A model generated the notes under the pieces. That model worked only from the letters and a program-made list of their open reading frames with translations, had not been told where the DNA came from and did not search any database. The position numbers were made by a program, and so were the translations under genes. Positions 60,052 to 64,000 of a stretch of DNA of 64,000 nt are shown here, one piece after another. This stretch comes from Bdellovibrionota bacterium (GTDB lineage Bacteria > Bdellovibrionota_C > UBA2361 > OMIW01), in contig JBIIHQ010000003.1 in assembly GCA_044235645.1 (NCBI GenBank), positions 320 through 64,319 on the forward strand, read 5' to 3'. The first letter of the stretch is position 1, and every line of letters starts with the position of its first letter.

Positions 60052-60921
60052 ATGATCCACACCATCGCCGCCCTTACCGCTACCGTTTTCTCCATCAGCA
60101 AAGACATGGTCAGCAAGTCTGTTGCATCCCGCGTTGATGGAACGACCTCGACCCTTGCAAGCTTTGCGTATGCTCTTCCGTACTACGCGGTGGGGCTCCT
60201 CCTCTGCATCCTCTTCGGCGTCCCCCTTGGCGATCTCTCCGGGCCATTTTGGCTATTCGTCGGCCTTCGCAGCATTACCGACGCTTGCGCTGAATGGTTA
60301 AAAATGTCAGCGCTCGGCAAGACCGACATCTCCCTTGTCGTTCCCTTCTTTGCCCTGTCACCCGTCCTTCTTCTCATCATGGGGCCCCTCGTTTCGGGCG
60401 ATAAACTCACCCCATTGGGCATCACCGGGGTGCTTCTGAGCGTCATCGGTACGATCGGACTCCTTCCCCGCCGCTCAGCCAACGCGTCCGCAGCCGGCTC
60501 TTCAGCGATGCAGGGCATCTTCATGGCCCTCGGCGCCTCAGTATTTTTCGCCCTCAATACCCTCTTCGATCGCCTTGCCGTTCAACGAGCCTCGAGCCTT
60601 GTCTCAGCCGCCGCAATGACCGCCACCGCAACTCTCCCCTTCATCATCCCCGTGTTCCGCTCATCCACCCGACGCGAGGCCTTCTTCCGAGAAGCAAAAC
60701 TCTTCAACCTCCGCGGCATCTTCGAGGTCGGCTTCATGACCCTCAAACTCTTCGCCCTCGCCACTCTCCCCGGAGCCTACGTAACCGGACTCATGCGCCT
60801 CTCCGTCCTCGGAACCATTATCGGCGGCCGAATGCTCTTTCAGGAGCAAGAGACAAAACGGCGACTATTATGGGGTTCCCTCGTGTGTGCAGGGAGTGTG
60901 TTGATTGTGTGTTCGGGGTAG
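60052..60921 (+). CDS. EamA/DMT-family transporter
   Basis: About 290 aa, polytopic, with the two-half pattern typical of DMT transporters. The internal Met was used as the start; the ORF itself starts at 59929. Confidence 0.55.
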   Translation: MIHTIAALTATVFSISKDMVSKSVASRVDGTTSTLASFAYALPYYAVGLLLCILFGVPLGDLSGPFWLFVGLRSITDACAEWLKMSALGKTDISLVVPFFALSPVLLLIMGPLVSGDKLTPLGITGVLLSVIGTIGLLPRRSANASAAGSSAMQGIFMALGASVFFALNTLFDRLAVQRASSLVSAAAMTATATLPFIIPVFRSSTRREAFFREAKLFNLRGIFEVGFMTLKLFALATLPGAYVTGLMRLSVLGTIIGGRMLFQEQETKRRLLWGSLVCAGSVLIVCSG

Positions 60922-60949
60922 ACGAGCTGGGTAGACCTCATCGGCATCC

Positions 60950-62152
60950 CTACGGCATTGCGCAAAGAAAATGACTTACCGGCATCGCAGATATCGCACT
61001 CTGGTGAATCTTTGGAAGTTTATACACCTGGTCACTTTTGAGATGGATCTGATAGACGAACGGGATAGCGATTTTTTTGAGGAGATAGGTGAGGCCACTG
61101 CTTAAGTCCTGCTCAGAGCTTTTCACCTCGATGGCAATCCATGGTCGCTTGTTTCGAAGGAGGATGAAATCGATCTCGTGCCCATCAACATCTTTGATGT
61201 ATCGTAACTCGATTACCTCGCCGTAAACATCTTCAAACCAGTGAACAAGACGCAAGAGATGGAGGGCGACAAGATTTTCAAGTCGCGCTCCGGGGTCTGC
61301 GAGCCGGCCCACATCCCACAGGAAGAGCTTTCGCTCCTTTTTAATTGCCTTAATCTTTGGATCGCCGAAGGGCAGAACGTAAAAATTGGCGTACAGCTTT
61401 TCGAAGATACCGATCCACTTGGCTACCGTTTGATGAGCGACCTCGAGATCCTTTGCAAGGTTATTGATCGATAGATTATTCGATACGAGATCGGGCAAGC
61501 GATCGTAGAGCAGACTCATCTGGTCGAGCTCTTGGGTCTGTTCAAGGCTTCTGACATCCTCAAACACCAGTCGTTGCCCGTACGCGAGTCGCCATCTTCC
61601 GGCGTAGCTCTTCGATCGGCTCAGGAACGGCTCGGGAAACCCTCCAAAGGAAAGAAGATCGGTCAGGATGGATTGCGCCTTATCGCGATCCGGCGGGGAG
61701 AAAGTGGCAGCCCGCTCCATTGTTCGTCGATAATCGAGCTCAGGTAGGGCGAGAACTTCAGCAAGCGTAAAGGGATGGAGCCGATAATGAAAGTACCGTC
61801 CCTGCAGAGAGTCTCCCCCTCGAGCGTATTGGTCGAGCCGAGCGCTGCCGGTGACGAGGATTTTATGCTCTGCATGGTGAAGGTCATACACTCCCTTCAA
61901 CCAATTTCTCCATGAACGGAATTTATGCAATTCATCAAATACCCAATACTCCCGTGAGAGGTCGAGTTTATACCCTTTGAGGTTTTGGCGGTGTGTAGCA
62001 ACGTCCCAGTTGTAGTACCCCATCGTCGAGGTTGGATCGCCGATCGACTTGGCAAGAGTAGTCTTTCCACATTGCCGGGGACCAGAGAGCAGAACCATCT
62101 TTCCCCGACCGAGGTCGGCAAGAATGTGGGGGTAAATTGAACGGTAAGACAT
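60950..62152 (-). CDS. AAA+ ATPase with a DUF4143 domain
   Basis: MVLLSGPRQCGKTTLAK is a Walker A motif. The 400-aa architecture is common to the ATPase + DUF4143 family. Confidence 0.75.
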   Translation of the reverse strand: MSYRSIYPHILADLGRGKMVLLSGPRQCGKTTLAKSIGDPTSTMGYYNWDVATHRQNLKGYKLDLSREYWVFDELHKFRSWRNWLKGVYDLHHAEHKILVTGSARLDQYARGGDSLQGRYFHYRLHPFTLAEVLALPELDYRRTMERAATFSPPDRDKAQSILTDLLSFGGFPEPFLSRSKSYAGRWRLAYGQRLVFEDVRSLEQTQELDQMSLLYDRLPDLVSNNLSINNLAKDLEVAHQTVAKWIGIFEKLYANFYVLPFGDPKIKAIKKERKLFLWDVGRLADPGARLENLVALHLLRLVHWFEDVYGEVIELRYIKDVDGHEIDFILLRNKRPWIAIEVKSSEQDLSSGLTYLLKKIAIPFVYQIHLKSDQVYKLPKIHQSAISAMPVSHFLCAMP

Positions 62153-62246
62153 AGAGTAAATTTAATACCTGTCTAACAAAAAGTAAAGTAGTTTTAACAG
62201 GTATTCAATTTTTTGCCTTAAGAGGAGAGGTAGCCCCCACCTCTCT

Positions 62247-62272
62247 GCCTCTGAGGTATCGAGGTCCTAGCC
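62247..62272. repeat. 26-bp GC-rich repeat, copy A (gcctctgaggtatcgaggtcctagcc)
   Basis: Direct repeat with 63229..63254, differing at 2 or 3 positions. Confidence 0.6.
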
Positions 62273-62430
62273 AAGATTCGGCGAGCCAATCGGTTACCAG
62301 AGTATATGCAGTAGATTTTGACGGCACCGCTGGTAGAACAATTTTAGTGGCTTGGTGCGGTAGCCCTGTGCCCGAGGTGGTTTGATTTATCATCACCGAT
62401 TGTTATACTAGGCCTAATTGAAGGTTAATT

Positions 62431-63036
62431 ATGAGAAGCATCTCACTTACTCTCGACTATCTTGGCATCGATGCGCTCCTGGGGCTTATTGATGAGCCCC
62501 ATCGGGCAGTCTGTCGAGCGATTCTCGCCGAAAATCGGCAGCTCTTCGAGCAAGCTCGCGGTTCGACCCACAATCACCAAACGTGGATTGGTGGCTACCT
62601 GGATCATGTCACCGATGGCATGAACTACGCCCGTCACCTCTTCGAGTTCGATCAAGCATTCGGGCGGCCACTTCCCTTTTCGCTTTCGGACGCCCTGCTG
62701 GTGTTCTTTCTTCACGATCTTGAAAAGCCGTGGAGAATACTCGTGGACGCGGAGGGTCGCGCGTCGAATCGCGAGGGGCTGACGACAAAAGCCCAGTTTA
62801 AAAAGTTCCGTGAGCAAAAGCTCGCAGAATACGGACTGCGCTTAACCCCGGAGCAGGCCAACGGCTTGACCTACGTCGAGGGCGAGCACAATGACTATAG
62901 CAGTGAGCGTCGTGTCATGAACGAACTGGCAGCCTTCTGCCACAAAGTCGATGTCTGGTGCGCGCGCGGATGGTATGACTATCCGAAACCCGGGGGTGAC
63001 GAGTGGATGGGAGCCGGGAGGTTTCGAACCTCCTGA
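62431..63036 (+). CDS. Small HD-domain-like protein (201 aa)
   Basis: THNHQTW followed by FFLHDLEKPW gives an H...HD...K arrangement of the kind seen in HD phosphohydrolases. The gene is flanked by the 26-bp direct repeats. Confidence 0.4.
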   Translation: MRSISLTLDYLGIDALLGLIDEPHRAVCRAILAENRQLFEQARGSTHNHQTWIGGYLDHVTDGMNYARHLFEFDQAFGRPLPFSLSDALLVFFLHDLEKPWRILVDAEGRASNREGLTTKAQFKKFREQKLAEYGLRLTPEQANGLTYVEGEHNDYSSERRVMNELAAFCHKVDVWCARGWYDYPKPGGDEWMGAGRFRTS

Positions 63037-63104
63037 CGCATCGTCGCGGCCAAGAGCCCATGGGGTACCATTGGGCTCTTTATCGAGAACTGGTTTAATT
63101 ACAC

Positions 63105-63140
63105 GGGCAGAAAAGGGAAATCTGTTTCTGCCCTCTCTCA
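63105..63140 (+). terminator. Possible terminator hairpin after the HD-like gene
   Basis: The sequence gggcagaaa / agggaaatctg / tttctgccc is followed by tctctcatatc. The tail is only moderately T-rich. Confidence 0.35.
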
Positions 63141-63228
63141 TATCAAATCCCCGATACCCACTGTTACCCAAGCTACAGCGGTTCAACGCTTAAGATTCGC
63201 GCCTCATAAAACCCTGGTCCTCTGTACA

Positions 63229-63254
63229 CCTCTGAGGTATAGAGGTCCTAGGCC
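63229..63254. repeat. 26-bp GC-rich repeat, copy B (cctctgaggtatagaggtcctaggcc)
   Basis: Direct repeat of copy A. A related longer variant lies at 63309..63346 (gcctctattcctcagagacatcgaggtcggggcatagc). Confidence 0.6.
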
Positions 63255-63378
63255 ACCGGTAAATTTTGTCATGCAGCTTTCGGGCTGAGGGTATCACTAC
63301 GTCTATCTGCCTCTATTCCTCAGAGACATCGAGGTCGGGGCATAGCAGGGTGGGGCGAATGTGTTGCCTGAAATTTCA

Positions 63379-64000
63379 TCAAATTTCAGAGGCGAGCAAA
63401 TCTCTCACCTCTGAGTACTTTCTTCGACTGACCGGTAGACTCTTGCCGTTCGACAGGATACATACCGCGTTGCCATTCCTCTTCACAAGCTTCTTAATAT
63501 GCTCCCGAGCGACCCAATGCGATCTATGAACTTGTATCCCAAAATTGGAAGGAAGCTCCTCGATGGCATCCCTCAGATTATATAGAAACATGACTTCAGC
63601 GTCCGTTGTAGTCACCCGGAGATAATGAAGCTCTGAACTCAGAGAAATCAAGCTACCCGATGCTCGGCTACGTAGCTCCTGAAAAAAACCGCTCAATTCT
63701 TTCGGCTCGCTCGAAGAGAGCCCCTGCTGGTCTCCCTCCTGTTCAGGAGCCAGCAGAGATTCTCTTCTGGAAAAATCTAACTGAAGAACCCAAGGGGCAT
63801 TGAGACCTAGCCAGGTAATGACAACGGGTAGAACCACTCCTGCAGCTTCGTCAAGCAAACCAAAAAAAATACCAGCTGATGAGGCATCATCAGGAATCGC
63901 AAAAAGCAGATCAAGAAGGTAACCAATCGGTACAAACAGAAGAGCTCCGACAATGCCAGATAGTGCGGTTTGTATCCAGGTGGATCGCGGAGTTCGGGGC
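63379..64000 (-). CDS. LytTR-family DNA-binding regulator with an N-terminal membrane segment. It is partial: the 5' end lies beyond the window.
   Basis: The C-terminal VHRSHWVAREHIKKL...SNGKSLPVSRRKY segment is the LytTR signature. The reading frame is open to position 64000 and encodes hydrophobic helices. Confidence 0.6.
   Translation of the reverse strand, partial: PRTPRSTWIQTALSGIVGALLFVPIGYLLDLLFAIPDDASSAGIFFGLLDEAAGVVLPVVITWLGLNAPWVLQLDFSRRESLLAPEQEGDQQGLSSSEPKELSGFFQELRSRASGSLISLSSELHYLRVTTTDAEVMFLYNLRDAIEELPSNFGIQVHRSHWVAREHIKKLVKRNGNAVCILSNGKSLPVSRRKYSEVRDLLASEI

Noticed and set aside
63009-63030. tRNA gene suggested by a perfect T-arm-like hairpin (ggagg tttcgaa cctcc)
   Set aside because: No acceptor stem, D-arm or anticodon arm can be built on either strand. 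The hairpin lies inside the coding 3' end of the HD-like ORF. At most it is a relic, not a tRNA gene.
1-64000. CRISPR arrays, rRNA genes and tRNA genes
   Set aside because: No regularly spaced direct repeats with unique spacers were seen. No 16S/23S/5S signature stretches were found. No cloverleaf-compatible tRNA sequence was found in the intergenic regions examined.

Overview
This 64 kb window is chromosomal DNA from a Gram-negative-type bacterium with roughly 57-60% GC. I would not assign it to a lineage; the LpxL-family acyltransferase, TolB-like protein, Tad-like pilins and menaquinone genes are lineage hints only. About 55 protein-coding genes are supportable from the sequence. I found no rRNA gene, no tRNA gene and no CRISPR array.

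Core housekeeping genes:
- leuS, valS, ppa, folE, purB, pgm, phrB, nnr, tsaE and ubiE/menG.
- A menF-menD-menH menaquinone operon.
- A three-gene acyl-CoA carboxylase cluster: carboxyltransferase, a small subunit and a biotin carrier protein.
- An LpxL-family acyltransferase, an rsmI-like methyltransferase and a ygiB-ygiC (DUF1190 / glutathionylspermidine-synthase-like) pair.

Accessory material sits between these genes. (1) At the 5' edge is a Tad-type pilus-like cluster. Its largest gene has a TadE-like N-terminus and a C-terminal half built from Cys/Trp-rich repeats that resemble thrombospondin type-1 repeats. Next to it are a membrane-anchored beta-propeller (SBBP-like) protein that runs off the window edge and a short flagellin-family protein. 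(2) At 23.8-25.2 kb there is a lower-GC island (about 49% GC) holding a 458-aa orphan protein, directly after a prepilin-type pilin gene. (3) The most unusual locus spans 44.8-52.2 kb. A small TOBE-like ORF precedes a 991-aa orphan protein. Downstream are short repeated copies of that gene's last ~45 bp, then an IS200-like HUH (Y1) transposase gene, then a decayed and internally deleted copy of the large gene's 3' end, then a gene for a J-domain-like protein with a degenerate HPD motif. (4) At 60.9-64.0 kb a DUF4143 AAA ATPase gene sits next to a small HD-like gene flanked by 26-bp direct repeats, followed by a LytTR-family regulator that runs off the 3' edge. Related short GC-rich repeats occur at about 23.1 kb.

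Several clean intrinsic terminators are visible. Two stand in tandem in the otherwise unannotated 860-bp gap between leuS and ppa, which suggests a small RNA or small protein gene there.

All functional calls rest on motif-level similarity that I recognised by eye. None has been checked against a database.
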